Virus record (IMG/VR): IMGVR_UViG_3300048834_000258
Location: 1-64,000 of that record
Source: a virus
Direction: 5' to 3' (one strand)
DNA: 64,000 bases
Part shown: piece after piece, positions 39,810-50,176 of the stretch
How positions within the stretch are numbered: position 1 is the first letter of the stretch
Layout of the letters: each line of letters starts with the position of its first letter
Notes under the pieces: generated by a model
Seen by the model: only the letters and a program-made list of their open reading frames with translations
Database searches by the model: none
What the model was told of the DNA's origin: nothing
Program-made: the position numbers and the translations under genes

Positions 39810-40668
39810 TGGTTTTCCTTTCTTCCGCCAAAGGCGGAATGTCCTTGACGCGGAGGGCGGCGAGGGATTTAGCGGCGAGGCACTGACTGCAATCGCAGTC
39901 AGTGTTGATATACGGACAAACCCCCTCATCCTCAACGCGGTTCTCCTGTATGCCTATTAGTGCTTCCCGCATCGCCCGGCTGTCGGCTTCGATGGCGAGG
40001 GTGTAAGCACAAAGCAAATTTATGGTGTAGTGAGAGGGTAGCCGGACGGATTCCGTAGCCATGATTCCCTCAATGTCCGGTCGTTTCATACTTCCACCCC
40101 ATTCGCCCTGAGCACACAAACCGTCAGTGCCCGTGCGGCATCTTGCGGCGTGCCGTCGTGAGGTTCGGAAAAAGCCCTATTCGGGGCCATCCATACGCGA
40201 GCCCAGTCCCTATCCATTTCCCAATTCCACAAGTCTTTCGCCCGCGCGAACTCCCAGGCTTGGGTGAGGTTGGAAACGGGAAGCCACGCACTTACGGAAA
40301 CAGTAGGCCCGGCGGTGTCGTGCCAACAGGCGTAAGCGCCATCAGCCCAAGTCGCTACAGGCAATAGCCGCTTCTCCCACCCCATGTACTTCGCCGCTGC
40401 GGCGTTCAGTTGTTCGTTGGTCATGCAGTCCCCCTAGTCTTTAGATAGGCCACCACCTTATTGCGAAAGTCCTGTGTCGAATTCCTCAGCACCCAGCCAA
40501 TCAATTCCTGAGCTTCCATCGGCGATAGATCAAAATCCTCGTCAATATCTTCCGACGATCCGGCAGAATCGGTATAGCGATGGCCCGAGAACACGCTTAC
40601 ATGGACCGCCGTATCTTCCGTTAGCGGCTTGCCGCTGAGATCCGAGGTAATCACCTCAACTGTTTTTC

Positions 40669-41133
40669 TCACTCTGCACCTCCCTGTTCACTCTCCGCGT
40701 CTGTTCGCGTGGCGTGAACACGCGCCGGGTTGATTGCATCCAGCACCCTTGTGCCAATCTCTTCGCCGTCGGCGTTTTCGTATCCCGGCCAGTCCATGGG
40801 GTCTGGCATGATCAAAGACAGCGCGTGGAGGAGCCGCTCGCGATCCGCCCGCAGTTCGCGGATCTCGGCGATCAGGTTGGGAAGGGCATTACGGGCAGCG
40901 CAAATCAGGTCGCGGTTCGCCGGGTGATCTGTCCAATCGCAGAAATCGACTATTTGGCACACTAGCCGGGACGCCAAGCGTCTTCCAAAGTGGATAATTG
41001 GTTGTGCAATTTCCACGCGGTAAACCCTACGCTTTCCATACGGAGTTGCTTCATGGGCAAATTCCCTAGCCTCCCACGGTCCCGGCGTAGCTTCCACCAG
41101 CAGTCGCTCAAGTTCTTGTAGGTCAATCGGCAT
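40669..41133 (-). CDS. Ead/Ea22-like protein
   Basis: EATPGPWE...NRDLICAARNALPNLIAEIRELR. Confidence 0.65.
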   Translation of the reverse strand: MPIDLQELERLLVEATPGPWEAREFAHEATPYGKRRVYRVEIAQPIIHFGRRLASRLVCQIVDFCDWTDHPANRDLICAARNALPNLIAEIRELRADRERLLHALSLIMPDPMDWPGYENADGEEIGTRVLDAINPARVHATRTDAESEQGGAE

Positions 41134-41493
41134 TGTCTTCTCCCTTCCGCGCTACGCGAACGCCATTGTCCAGCTCCTCTTGTACCTGCGTTGGTGTCCA
41201 CTGTGACCAACCGCACCGCTCGCCATTGATGCTGGCTTGCCACTTGTACACAACCTGCTCAAGGGTGAAGACGGACCCATCATCGTAGATGAGCCGGTCC
41301 CCCGGCTTCAGTTCACTTGCTTGCATCGGATTCTCCCTTCTCGATCTGCACCAGTTCGTAGCCGTCGAGGGCCTGTTGCCATAGCGGGTGGATGTCACAC
41401 ATATTGCTCTTGTGGCGCACCGCCCAGTGCTGATTGCACCATCCGCGAGCAGCCCCGAGAAAATTCCACTTCGGGCACATCTCGCACCGGATG

Positions 41494-41862
41494 TCAGAGA
41501 GTTTCATCGCCTTCTCCCTTCGGCGGCGCGGGCAGGGGCATCCAGTGGGTAGGCATCGGGTCGTCGTCCACATAACCAAGCCAACCCTCATCACACTGCC
41601 CCAGATACACCTCTTCATCGATGGTCCAGCCGTAGGCGTCCGCGTCCACGTTGTACTCCCACTTAGCAACCGGGGCGCAATGCCAGCCTTCGCGCCAGAT
41701 GAAAATTTCGGTCCCATCCTTCGGGGCCGTCTCAATCGGCTTCCACTCCGTCTCTTCGAGCAGTTGGCGGAGGGCTAATCCGCATTCGCTGGCCCAAGCA
41801 AGCGGGTCAGCGGCCATCCTGTCCTCGTTCGTCACCAACTCCCGCATCTCATCTCGCGTCAT
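41494..41862 (-). CDS. DUF551-like protein
   Basis: WKPIETAPKDGT...PTHWMPLPAPP. Confidence 0.75.
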   Translation of the reverse strand: MTRDEMRELVTNEDRMAADPLAWASECGLALRQLLEETEWKPIETAPKDGTEIFIWREGWHCAPVAKWEYNVDADAYGWTIDEEVYLGQCDEGWLGYVDDDPMPTHWMPLPAPPKGEGDETL

Positions 41863-42772
41863 CGCTTCTCCCTCCATTCCCGTGCAGCCGCCAGCATGAC
41901 GCCCGCCAGTTCATCCGCTTCCTTGGCCGTGCGGCAAAGAATGGGGGAGCGATGTGGCCTATTCCGTTCGAAATAGGCTTGGTACCAGTAAAGTTTTGCC
42001 CACCGCCCCCCCCTTTGCAGATCCGGCGCAACTCGTGGGTAGTACATCTCGTCGCCGTCCTGCGCCTCCCCCGTCTCAAGGAACTTCGCCCATTGCTTCG
42101 GTGTCATGATGCCTCGCTTTCTTCGTCGTCCTCCCAATCGTCTTCATCTTCTAGTGCCCGCACTTCACGCTCAATACAAGGCAGGCAGCAATAATACCGC
42201 CCGAACTCCCCATCCACCAATGCTGAGTCACAAACAACTTTCGTTCCGGCAGGAATGGAATGCCCACATTCGGGGCCGGGGACCATGCAATCGTGCGGTT
42301 TTCTGGTTATTACCAGTTTTATCGACCTGCACTGAATGTCGGTATCGCGGTCTTCGAATATGAGATACGGAGCATCCAGATATTCCGCGTCTGTCATTTC
42401 GCCTCACCCTCCTTGATCTTCGCAACCACCGCATCCACCACTTCCGACAGGTCGATCTCGCCAAGGTCGGTGATGACATCAGCGCCCATAAAGTCCACTT
42501 GCGCCTCCGGCATCTTGCTGGCCACCACGAACCGCACGTCATCTGATCCATAGCGATACTTCCGCCGGACTCGGTACAGGTTGAATGTCATACGCCCTCC
42601 GGGTTTCGTCGCCCTGCTCTGCATGTCTCTCCTTTGCCGCTACGTTGCCGCAAAATCGCACGTTTGACGCCGATTTGCCGCATCTCCTTTGCTGCTAAGT
42701 CGTTGATTCCCCGTTCGCCCGGTCTGTAAGTCATTGACCAAAAGGCGGGCATGCCATAATCGCAATTTGCCT

Positions 42773-43273
42773 CTATGCCCCATTTAGCGGGGGTTCTGGC
42801 GATGTTTGCCGCTCAGTTGACGCAGTTGCGTCGATGGACTTTACCGTCATGGGGTGCGTAATTTCCAACCGCAGCGCGGCGTCGCGCACCTGCTGCATGT
42901 CTTCGCCGTATCCCCACAGGTCGCCACGGCAATACTCGGCTGGCCATGGCCCGAAGTGCCAAGCATGGAGCCGCTTGCCGGTCATGATGTAATCACGGAG
43001 GCTGCACACCAGCGACCGTAGGGTGCCGCCTTCGCTGAACCCTCGTTTCCAGTAATCGTAGTGAAGATAGATCCGCTTCTGGGTGTACTTGTCGATGAAC
43101 CACACCCGCCCGCGATCATCCACCTCCAGCCGGCTCACTCGCGGGTTCTCCATTCGCTCCAGTCGATCCGCATCCTCGCTGAAGAACCGGCGTCCGCAAC
43201 TGGCGATCACTCGCAATAGCTCATTAGCGCGTTCGCATCGTTCTCGTTTAGTGTCAATCTTGGTGCCCATCAC
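42773..43273 (-). CDS. Conserved phage hypothetical protein
   Basis: IASCGRRFF...GRVWFID.YT...GFS.GGTLR.LV...WGY. Confidence 0.65.
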   Translation of the reverse strand: MMGTKIDTKRERCERANELLRVIASCGRRFFSEDADRLERMENPRVSRLEVDDRGRVWFIDKYTQKRIYLHYDYWKRGFSEGGTLRSLVCSLRDYIMTGKRLHAWHFGPWPAEYCRGDLWGYGEDMQQVRDAALRLEITHPMTVKSIDATASTERQTSPEPPLNGA

Positions 43274-44046
43274 TCTCCCCCTTCGCCGGTTGACGGCCGC
43301 CCAGTTGCCGGGGCTTTCGACCGATTGAGCCGATCTATCTCGGCAGCAATCAGTGCCCCCGCTTTGACAAGATTTCGTACCGGATCTGGGTCAGGCTTCC
43401 ACCAGCGCGCCTCCCACGGCCACGGGTGCAGCCACTTGCGAATCCAACCAAATTCTGACTCGACGGTGACCTTCGCCTTTATTGGAAGTTGCGCTGCGTG
43501 AGCGATGTAGGAAATTGCAGCCGCTGCGAGTTCTCCGTACAGATGCTGGTCATCGTGATCGTGGGTCCAGCCTTCTTTTTCAATCTGCCGCCACCGTTCA
43601 GCGATAATTAACTCTGCTCCCGTCATCACCCCCCCCTCCGCCTCGCTGGGCTTCTGTGTCTTCTTGGCGGCCTCCGCGTCCAGGGCGGCGAGTTTGGCTA
43701 GCCATTCCTTCGCCCACCGTGTTAAAATGATGACTTTCCCTTTGTCTTCGTCCACTACCGTGGGGGCTTCCAAAAGTCTGAGCATGACCTCCAGCACCTT
43801 TCGCCGCTCGTCGGCACGGATCCTCTGCTCGTAGGCTTCGGCGGCTTCCGCTGTACCGTTCAGCGCCTTGAGTGCGGCAACGCCCTCATCGCTTTCCAGA
43901 TCAATCGCCAAGCCACCATCCTCGTACCACTTGTCGCTCTCTTCGATCTTGCGGTACAGGTCGGATAAGGCATCTCGCACAACGGCCAGCGCCGCCACCT
44001 GGGCCTCTGCCGCTTCAGCGCGGGCCTTCCAGTCGATGTCACTCAT
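43270..44046 (-). CDS. Modular protein with a C-terminal helical (possibly MazG-like) domain
   Basis: [12 protein letters not shown]...HDDQH..GELA...[15 protein letters not shown]; internal SD plus Met at about 43626. Confidence 0.55.
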   Translation of the reverse strand: MSDIDWKARAEAAEAQVAALAVVRDALSDLYRKIEESDKWYEDGGLAIDLESDEGVAALKALNGTAEAAEAYEQRIRADERRKVLEVMLRLLEAPTVVDEDKGKVIILTRWAKEWLAKLAALDAEAAKKTQKPSEAEGGVMTGAELIIAERWRQIEKEGWTHDHDDQHLYGELAAAAISYIAHAAQLPIKAKVTVESEFGWIRKWLHPWPWEARWWKPDPDPVRNLVKAGALIAAEIDRLNRSKAPATGRPSTGEGGE

Positions 44047-44537
44047 TGGGGGCCTCCTTTCGGCAGCGCAGCCAGGCGCGCCGCCACGAACTCAATCCAC
44101 GCGCCGTACTCGGCTGTTTCCGCGTCGGTGTAGCCTTCCTTCCGCCCAACCGCCGCGTAATGTTCCCGCCACCACTCGACCGTCTCGGTCATGCAGCCAA
44201 TTGAGATCTTTCCGTCGTGGACAATCGCAGCGTGGCGCGACAGGCCAAAGTGCCATGGAGCGCCTACCGCTGACGCCACAGCCGCATTGTTCCATCGCGC
44301 CCCGCTCAGGTCGGCCCCGCTCAGGTCGGCCCAGCGCAAGTCGGCCTCGCGCAGGTCGGCCCCGCTCAGGTCGGCCCCGCTCAGGTCGGCCCAGCGCAAG
44401 TCGGCCTCGCGCAGGTCGGCCCCGCGCAAGTTAGCCTCACTCAAGTTGGCCCAACTCAGGTTGGCTCCGCTGGCCACCGCGTCCGCTACGCTGGCGTATT
44501 CGCCTATTTCCGTTCCGTCTCGTCTATAGATTTTCAT
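44043..44537 (-). CDS. Pentapeptide repeat protein
   Basis: A(D/N)Lxx repeats; exact 60-nt tandem duplication at about 44299-44425. Confidence 0.85.
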   Translation of the reverse strand: MKIYRRDGTEIGEYASVADAVASGANLSWANLSEANLRGADLREADLRWADLSGADLSGADLREADLRWADLSGADLSGARWNNAAVASAVGAPWHFGLSRHAAIVHDGKISIGCMTETVEWWREHYAAVGRKEGYTDAETAEYGAWIEFVAARLAALPKGGPQ

Positions 44538-44713
44538 TACTCCTCCCTCCCTAGCGCAAATTTGGCCACTTGCGCCATAAACACCGGGTCTCTCTTGGCC
44601 GCGATTCGCTCCAGCGCCGCACGCAGTCGGGCGTTGTCCGCTTCGAGTGCTTCGACACGCTCATGGTATTCGAACAGCATTTCGCTAGTCGCTTTCGTGT
44701 TCATCTCAACCTC

Positions 44714-45340
44714 CTAGTAAACAATGCCTTTGGGCGCGAAGTGCGCGGCTGTTACCAGTGTACCGAGATTGAGCGTGTCAATCAAGGTCACGGAGCCATT
44801 TAGGTCGCGAAGTCGCTCGAAATCCAGGCGAAGCCTGACCTGCTGATAGGGGCCGACGATAGTTTCAGAACGAAACACCTCAACGCCATTGCGTTCGCGG
44901 TAGATCGCCGCTACGCTGACTGGCGTTTCGCCAGTGTTCACGAACACAATCTCCGTGTCCGCGTTCAGTTCGAACCACGGAAGGGTCCGCTTCGCGCTCG
45001 GCTTCTGCGTGCGCAGAACGCCTTTGTCCGTTAGGACAAAGATGCGTGGAGAGCCAAAGGGCGATACGTTGACAGCCCAGTAGGTGCCCGGTTCAGCGAA
45101 CGTGAAGCACGCGATTGCTTGCGGGACGAGTCCGCCCAAGAGGGCGGCTTGCCGTCCAAAGGCTTTGAAAGAAGGTTGTGTCGGGGAGCCGAGAGGCTCC
45201 CGGAACTGGATGTTGTAGCCGACAGTTTCATCGGAATCATTGAGGATGCAGAGTTGCGTGCCAGGAGTCGCGTCAACGACGGGGAGCACCTGGGCGCTAA
45301 GCGCAAAACAAAGTGTCAAAAGTGTGAATGTGAGTTTCAT
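44714..45340 (-). CDS. Secreted protein with two beta-sandwich-like repeats
   Basis: Signal peptide MKLTFTLLTLCFALSA|Q; repeats TQLCILND and TEIVFVNTG. Confidence 0.6.
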   Translation of the reverse strand: MKLTFTLLTLCFALSAQVLPVVDATPGTQLCILNDSDETVGYNIQFREPLGSPTQPSFKAFGRQAALLGGLVPQAIACFTFAEPGTYWAVNVSPFGSPRIFVLTDKGVLRTQKPSAKRTLPWFELNADTEIVFVNTGETPVSVAAIYRERNGVEVFRSETIVGPYQQVRLRLDFERLRDLNGSVTLIDTLNLGTLVTAAHFAPKGIVY

Positions 45341-45370
45341 TGTCTTTTCCTTTGGAGGGGCCAAAGGCCC

Positions 45371-45820
45371 CTAGCAGATTTCGTAGCCCTCGTAGGTACA
45401 AGTGAAGAACAGCGTCTCTCCCTTGCAATGGTATGCGAAGTGGTGCGGCCCGGACACGTCAAATGACAGATCGTCGCAGATCTCGACAATGGGCGCAATG
45501 TCGGTGAAAACAGTCTTGGCTGCGCTAATCGCACGGTCTTTCTCCGAGACAGCCTTCGCGTTGTTGGGAAAACCATCGTAGAGGAAATCGACGGGGCAAT
45601 AGCCACGGATTTCGATGGTCACGTCGCAGCACTCGGGCGAGCCGTAGCAATCAACCGAGGTTTCGGCGGAAGGCCCGCGCCCTTTGACGCGCGGATAGTG
45701 GAAACCCTGGACTACATCGTAGTCGAGGCCGCACTTGGATTCGGCCAGTTGTTCTTGGATTCGTTTTGCTTCGAGTTGCGTCCGTTGAAGTTTTTCGAGT
45801 AGTGTTAGTGTCGTTGCCAT
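45371..45820 (-). CDS. Hypothetical protein, apparently leaderless
   Basis: TTGCAC-17-TATAGT (45855-45827), then 6 nt to the ATG. Confidence 0.65.
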   Translation of the reverse strand: MATTLTLLEKLQRTQLEAKRIQEQLAESKCGLDYDVVQGFHYPRVKGRGPSAETSVDCYGSPECCDVTIEIRGYCPVDFLYDGFPNNAKAVSEKDRAISAAKTVFTDIAPIVEICDDLSFDVSGPHHFAYHCKGETLFFTCTYEGYEIC

Positions 45821-45883
45821 GTCTCAACTATAACGGCTTTGCGAAGCAAGTGCAAGAGAAAAATGCGCTTAGCGCAAAAAATC

Positions 45884-46381
45884 TTACAAACCAAGTTTGG
45901 CAAACGCTTCTTCGAGCGGAAGTGGTTTGTAATCATGCAGTTCCACACAAACGCAAAGGGAGTATTTGCCGAAGGGTTTGTGGGGAGTGTTGTGAACGTG
46001 TCCATAAAACAGCCCAAAGTTGGGGTTGACCTTAGGAAGGTTGGGCCGGTGTTGGGCTACTACCGGGCGCTTGCGAGTTGAGAACACATACCGATCTACT
46101 ACAGATGTAAAACCCGCTTTGAGCAGAAAGTCCGCAGGTCGATCATGGTTGCCGCGCACCAGGAAGATGCGCCCATTAAGACACTCGCGGTACTTCGCCA
46201 CATTTTCGGCCTTGCCCAGGGCAAAATCGCCCAGGTGATAGACCCAATCTTCCGGCCTTACTACGGAGTTCCAGTTGGCGATGAGGGTTTCGTCCATCTC
46301 CTCAACGGAAGAAAAAGGGCGCTGACAGTACTTGATGATATTGGTGTGCCCAAAATGGGTGTCGGAAATGATGAAGTCCAT
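45884..46381 (-). CDS. Calcineurin-like metallophosphoesterase, apparently leaderless
   Basis: SDTHFGH, HLGD, GNHD, GHVH; TATACT lies 6 nt before the ATG. Confidence 0.88.
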   Translation of the reverse strand: MDFIISDTHFGHTNIIKYCQRPFSSVEEMDETLIANWNSVVRPEDWVYHLGDFALGKAENVAKYRECLNGRIFLVRGNHDRPADFLLKAGFTSVVDRYVFSTRKRPVVAQHRPNLPKVNPNFGLFYGHVHNTPHKPFGKYSLCVCVELHDYKPLPLEEAFAKLGL

Positions 46382-46401
46382 AAACGCAGTATAACGCAAT
46401 C

Positions 46402-46478
46402 AAAACGCAAAAGGAAAACGGCGGAACCGCTCTCACGGAATCCGCCGCTCTCCGGGTGGTTGCACTACTATTCTACCA
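46402..46478 (-). ncRNA. Variant family unit 8
   Basis: TGG-TAGAAT-AGTAGTGCAACCACCC, stem GGAGAGCGGCGGA/TCCGCCGTTTTCC, then T-tract. Confidence 0.45.
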
Positions 46479-46654
46479 CGGCTTCGCCACCGAAGGTGGT
46501 ACGAAGAGTGGGAACAAAGACTTTTTCTAGGATTTGAGTGAAAGCCCAGGTGACTGATTTGTCGCCGAAGTGAGGGGCGATAGCCCCTCCGACATTGGGG
46601 CGTTTCCGCCCCGCTAGGGCCGGGTCATGAGCGGTAGCTTGGAAGGAAGGCGTT

Positions 46655-47134
46655 TCACTCATGGGCTTCGCCCTCTTCCGCTTCGGAAGGCTCCTCGAAC
46701 TCGGCGGTGATGATTTCGCCTTTGGCTTCGTAGCCGGTGAAGTCGAGCACTTCTGCCAGGAGTGTTTCGCGCTCTTTGAGAAGCGCGATGTTGATGTTGA
46801 TCTTCTCGGAAGGTGCCCAGCCGACTTCCTTCTTCTTCGCGAGCAGTTCAGCGGCTTTTAACTGGTCGCTAGCGCGATCAGCAGTCAACATTGTTTCGAC
46901 CGCTTTAGCGGTCAGAAGGCGGTTAATCTGTTCGTTGGAGAGGTCCTGCTGGCGCAGAAGGCGTTGGATCTCAGCCTGCACAGGCGTGCTCTCCAGCGAA
47001 GCTGGGTTGCCCAGGGCGATAGCCGCTTCGCTTTGCGAAAGCCCTTGGCCTACGGTCAGGTCAACGAATTGCTTCGCGATTGCTTTACTCTCCGTCCGTA
47101 CTTGGCTTAGGCTCTTCGGCTTCTGTATCCGCAT
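46655..47134 (-). CDS. terS: Probable terminase small subunit
   Basis: N-terminal HTH (GLSQSEAAIALG), VQAEIQRL, DQLKAAELLAK, beta-strand ININI and an acidic tail. Confidence 0.6.
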   Translation of the reverse strand: MRIQKPKSLSQVRTESKAIAKQFVDLTVGQGLSQSEAAIALGNPASLESTPVQAEIQRLLRQQDLSNEQINRLLTAKAVETMLTADRASDQLKAAELLAKKKEVGWAPSEKININIALLKERETLLAEVLDFTGYEAKGEIITAEFEEPSEAEEGEAHE

Positions 47135-47538
47135 AGAATAGGCCCCCTCCTTCGATTATACTAATGCACTCGATCAGTTCGCCTACGGCCTTTAGAATCT
47201 CCTGGATAGAGCGAAGCTCTGGTTGCGTAGCAACTGTGAGGGCAATGCCGCGTGGTCCCATTTTGAGGGTGACGTATTCACCTCGGTAAACATTTACGTT
47301 GAAAGTGTAGTCCTTGTAGGCTTGTTCCATCATTTGCCGAGTATCTCCGGGTCATACAGACAGTGGGCTTTCGCAGTAAAGCTGCGCCAATCTCGTAATA
47401 GGTCTTTGTGCTGACCTGTTCGCATTGTGTTGTTCCAGTCACTAATACTGGAGACATAGGTGACACTGGAAGCGTCAGCTTCCAGCACTTCGCGGATCTC
47501 AGACGAGTCCGACCAGACTTGGCCCTTCTTTGGTTCCA

Positions 47539-47922
47539 TTATTCCTCCCAAGGTGGGGTTTCCACCATTGCAATTTCTTCTGCTGTCGCAGACGGCGCAT
47601 AGCGTGGTACGCGCTTCCGTCCGGGGGTTTTGCGCCCCTTGGGCGGCTTGTAGTAGAGCTTTTTGCCGTACTGCATTTCGAGCAGGTCTGTCATCTCCAA
47701 CAAAAGGCCCATAGGTGTCTCTACCATAGGGAAGTAGCGATGGCCCGCTTTCCGAGACGGAGGCAACACCTCCAGTTTTCCTTTGGCAGTACGCCGAGCT
47801 AGGTAGCCAGGGACTAGAAAAACTTCTCCCGAAGGGAGAGGGATGACTAGTGTGAAGCGAAGACCTTTGCCGGTCTTCAGGTCCACGTAGTCAACGTCGC
47901 GTAGATGCGGTTCGGTGGCCAT
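47539..47922 (-). CDS. SpoVG-like nucleic-acid-binding protein
   Basis: Beta strands, then LEVLPPSRK..HRYFPMV and a helix, matching the SpoVG pattern. Confidence 0.5.
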   Translation of the reverse strand: MATEPHLRDVDYVDLKTGKGLRFTLVIPLPSGEVFLVPGYLARRTAKGKLEVLPPSRKAGHRYFPMVETPMGLLLEMTDLLEMQYGKKLYYKPPKGRKTPGRKRVPRYAPSATAEEIAMVETPPWEE

Positions 47923-48201
47923 TTAGAGAATCTCCGCTTTTTGGGGACTTTCTGGCGATAGCCGGTCGTTGCTAGAATGCGTCACGTGCGCATTTTCAGC
48001 CTCCTGGTGAAGCCGGGAGAGCACTTTTTGATTAGCCGGGTTCTGGAGCAGAATTGCTAGTTCCTCGGAAGTAATAAAAACTCCCTTCAAGGGGCTTCTC
48101 CAGTGTTTCGTCCGGCATTTGGCAGAGCAGTAGTGATGCCAAGGTCGAGTCGCTTCGAAAAGATCGCCGCATTGCATACAGTTGCGAAAATCGCTCATCA
48201 A
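47923..48201 (-). CDS. Zn-finger protein
   Basis: CMQCG..F......YCSAKCR. Confidence 0.65.
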   Translation of the reverse strand: MMSDFRNCMQCGDLFEATRPWHHYCSAKCRTKHWRSPLKGVFITSEELAILLQNPANQKVLSRLHQEAENAHVTHSSNDRLSPESPQKAEIL

Positions 48202-48914
48202 TCCTCCAACTCTTCCAAGAAAAGCCGCACCTCATCCACCGAAAGTTTGAACTGCTCGACCGCTTCCTTTGATAGAAGCGTTTGGGAATGGGACAAGAGC
48301 CGGAACTCTTTGGCCCCTTCATCGTGGAGACAGATGAGATCCCCGTAGTCTGCTGAGTGATCTTCCGCCAGCACTTTAGTAAACCAGCGAAGATGTCCCG
48401 AAAGAGGCTTCCCCTTATCGTCCGCGAGAAAACATCGTTGAAAGAACCGATGCAGCCGTTGGACGGGAACATCTTCAACGAAGTTCGTTTTCTTGCGAGG
48501 CAGTCCTCTATCGGTAATTCGGTTGATGGAGGATGCCCACCGCGCAGCGGTGTAGTTTTCCTCGAACATACCATCTTCGTCCACCAGATGGGAGTAAACC
48601 TCCCCTATGCGCTTTTCCCAATCGGCCAAGGCCGATTGCCACGAATGCGGGATGTAGTCAAACGCTAGCCCATCTGCCGACAGGCAGACATGTTCAAAGA
48701 GCGCCTGCGCTCCGCTAGGAGCCGTCAGAATGAGGTTGTGCTTCATCGCGGCTCTGCCACGCAGAGCGGGGTCTTCATCGAAAAGCCCTTCTAGCCACAT
48801 GAAAGCCCCCAGTTCGAAGGTCCAGTCGTCTAGCGAAGCTAAGTAGGTCCGCTCTTTGCGCGGTACTCGCACCGTGTAGGTGCCTTTCGAAAGGTCAATC
48901 GTTGTTAGGTCCAT
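48198..48914 (-). CDS. Hypothetical protein
   Basis: Start at MDLTT with an AAGGA SD. Confidence 0.55.
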   Translation of the reverse strand: MDLTTIDLSKGTYTVRVPRKERTYLASLDDWTFELGAFMWLEGLFDEDPALRGRAAMKHNLILTAPSGAQALFEHVCLSADGLAFDYIPHSWQSALADWEKRIGEVYSHLVDEDGMFEENYTAARWASSINRITDRGLPRKKTNFVEDVPVQRLHRFFQRCFLADDKGKPLSGHLRWFTKVLAEDHSADYGDLICLHDEGAKEFRLLSHSQTLLSKEAVEQFKLSVDEVRLFLEELED

Positions 48915-49227
48915 TAGAGCGTCCTTTCTCGGATATCTCCGGTAACGGCCACCAGTAGATAGGCTCTCGGATTTCGTCTGTGCAAAAGCCCGCATCTTCA
49001 TGCCAAGCGCAGACCGAGAAGAAAGGTGATAGCCCACAGCCCTTCAGGTCCACTGAGTAGGCGAGAAACGGTGTACCGTCCGTAGGCGCGGTCTCCATGC
49101 TGTGAGGTTCTAACCTATCTAGCAACTCGCCTACCACACTAGCCAGAAGCCTAGCAGCGGTGGTATCCACTGAAGGGAAACCATTCCAGTAATCGGACAA
49201 GATAGAGCGGGCGCGTTCAGTAGTCAT
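48895..49227 (-). CDS. DUF551-like protein
   Basis: METAPTDGT...YWWPLPE. Confidence 0.6.
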   Translation of the reverse strand: MTTERARSILSDYWNGFPSVDTTAARLLASVVGELLDRLEPHSMETAPTDGTPFLAYSVDLKGCGLSPFFSVCAWHEDAGFCTDEIREPIYWWPLPEISEKGRSNGPNND

Positions 49228-49430
49228 CCTAAAACTCCTCCTCCGCCGACGGGGGAGCAAACTCCGTCTTAAGCCATTCCGACCGCTTAGCCGCTTCGTT
49301 GAGCGGAGCGTTCAGCCGTTGGTTTATTTCGTGGCGGTGTTCGAGGTAATCGATCCACGCAATCACGTCCTTGGCGGTGAGCGGGTCCAGACCGGCACCC
49401 GAGCGCAGGACGTGATAAACCCATTGCTGC

Positions 49431-49739
49431 TCAAACGGTCTCTTCACCCTTCACCTCCTCCGGCGAAGCCGGAAATGCTACGTTCGGGTGCTTCGCATCC
49501 AGGCCCATCGAACGTAGGTTAGCACAGATTTCCTCTTCTGCCCACCCAGGCAGAGAAAAAACAGGCCAGTACGCCCCTATCTTATCTCGCGACTTAGGCG
49601 GGTGCACCGCTGCGCGAAACAACTGAAAGCCTTTGACAAGCAAAGTCTTGCCGGAAGCAAACTTGAATGTCACATCGAAGTAGAGGCACTCCTCTCCGTT
49701 TTTCAGACGACTGTGTCTCACGTTTCCAACTGAAAGCAT
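49431..49739 (-). CDS. SpoVG-like protein, first gene of the leftward block
   Basis: YFDVTF...LLVKGFQL...VHPPKSR...YWPVF; GAGGAGG SD. Confidence 0.45.
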   Translation of the reverse strand: MLSVGNVRHSRLKNGEECLYFDVTFKFASGKTLLVKGFQLFRAAVHPPKSRDKIGAYWPVFSLPGWAEEEICANLRSMGLDAKHPNVAFPASPEEVKGEETV

Positions 49740-49784
49740 TTTTCCTCCTCTTTCTCGCTTCTGCGAAGCAGTTTGGCACTCCAA

Positions 49785-50020
49785 TTGCTATATACTATAT
49801 ACTACTATAGTTATACCTATACTCCCGTAAGGGAGTATAGGATAGTACAAATATGAAAGTATACCTTATACTGTATACTGACCGGGGCCTTCCGCTTCCG
49901 CTCGGCCCCGGAGGTAGTAGTCATACGGTTACGATTTCGCGCCTGCGGCGAGATTCGCCTCTTCTTCGCGTTAAATGGCATGTTAACTCCCGCGTTAACG
50001 GTTAAATTAACGTTCCGTTG
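49785..50020. other. Origin-like region between divergent gene blocks
   Basis: AT-rich TATAC/TATAG repeats, perfect hairpin CCTATACTCCC-GTAA-GGGAGTATAGG and clustered GTTAA repeats. Confidence 0.5.
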
Positions 50021-50176
50021 GCTGTGCCAACCGCCGACCCCTTGCGGGATCTCTGCCGTTGCGCGGTTTCTATAGGTATAGTATAGGCACTCCACCTTCG
50101 GCACAAGGAAAAAACGCCCACGGCGCTCATTAAAATTTTTTAATGCACCGGAGGCGCACCGAAGGCACGAAAGCCC

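Larger units (their letters stand above)
39796..44713 (-). other. Cluster of about 14 small overlapping accessory genes of temperate-phage style
   Basis: Many ATGA-coupled short ORFs, including Ead/Ea22-like, DUF551-like and pentapeptide proteins. Confidence 0.6.

Noticed and set aside
44299-44425. 60-nt tandem repeat as an array or regulatory repeat
   Set aside because: In-frame duplication within a pentapeptide-repeat gene.
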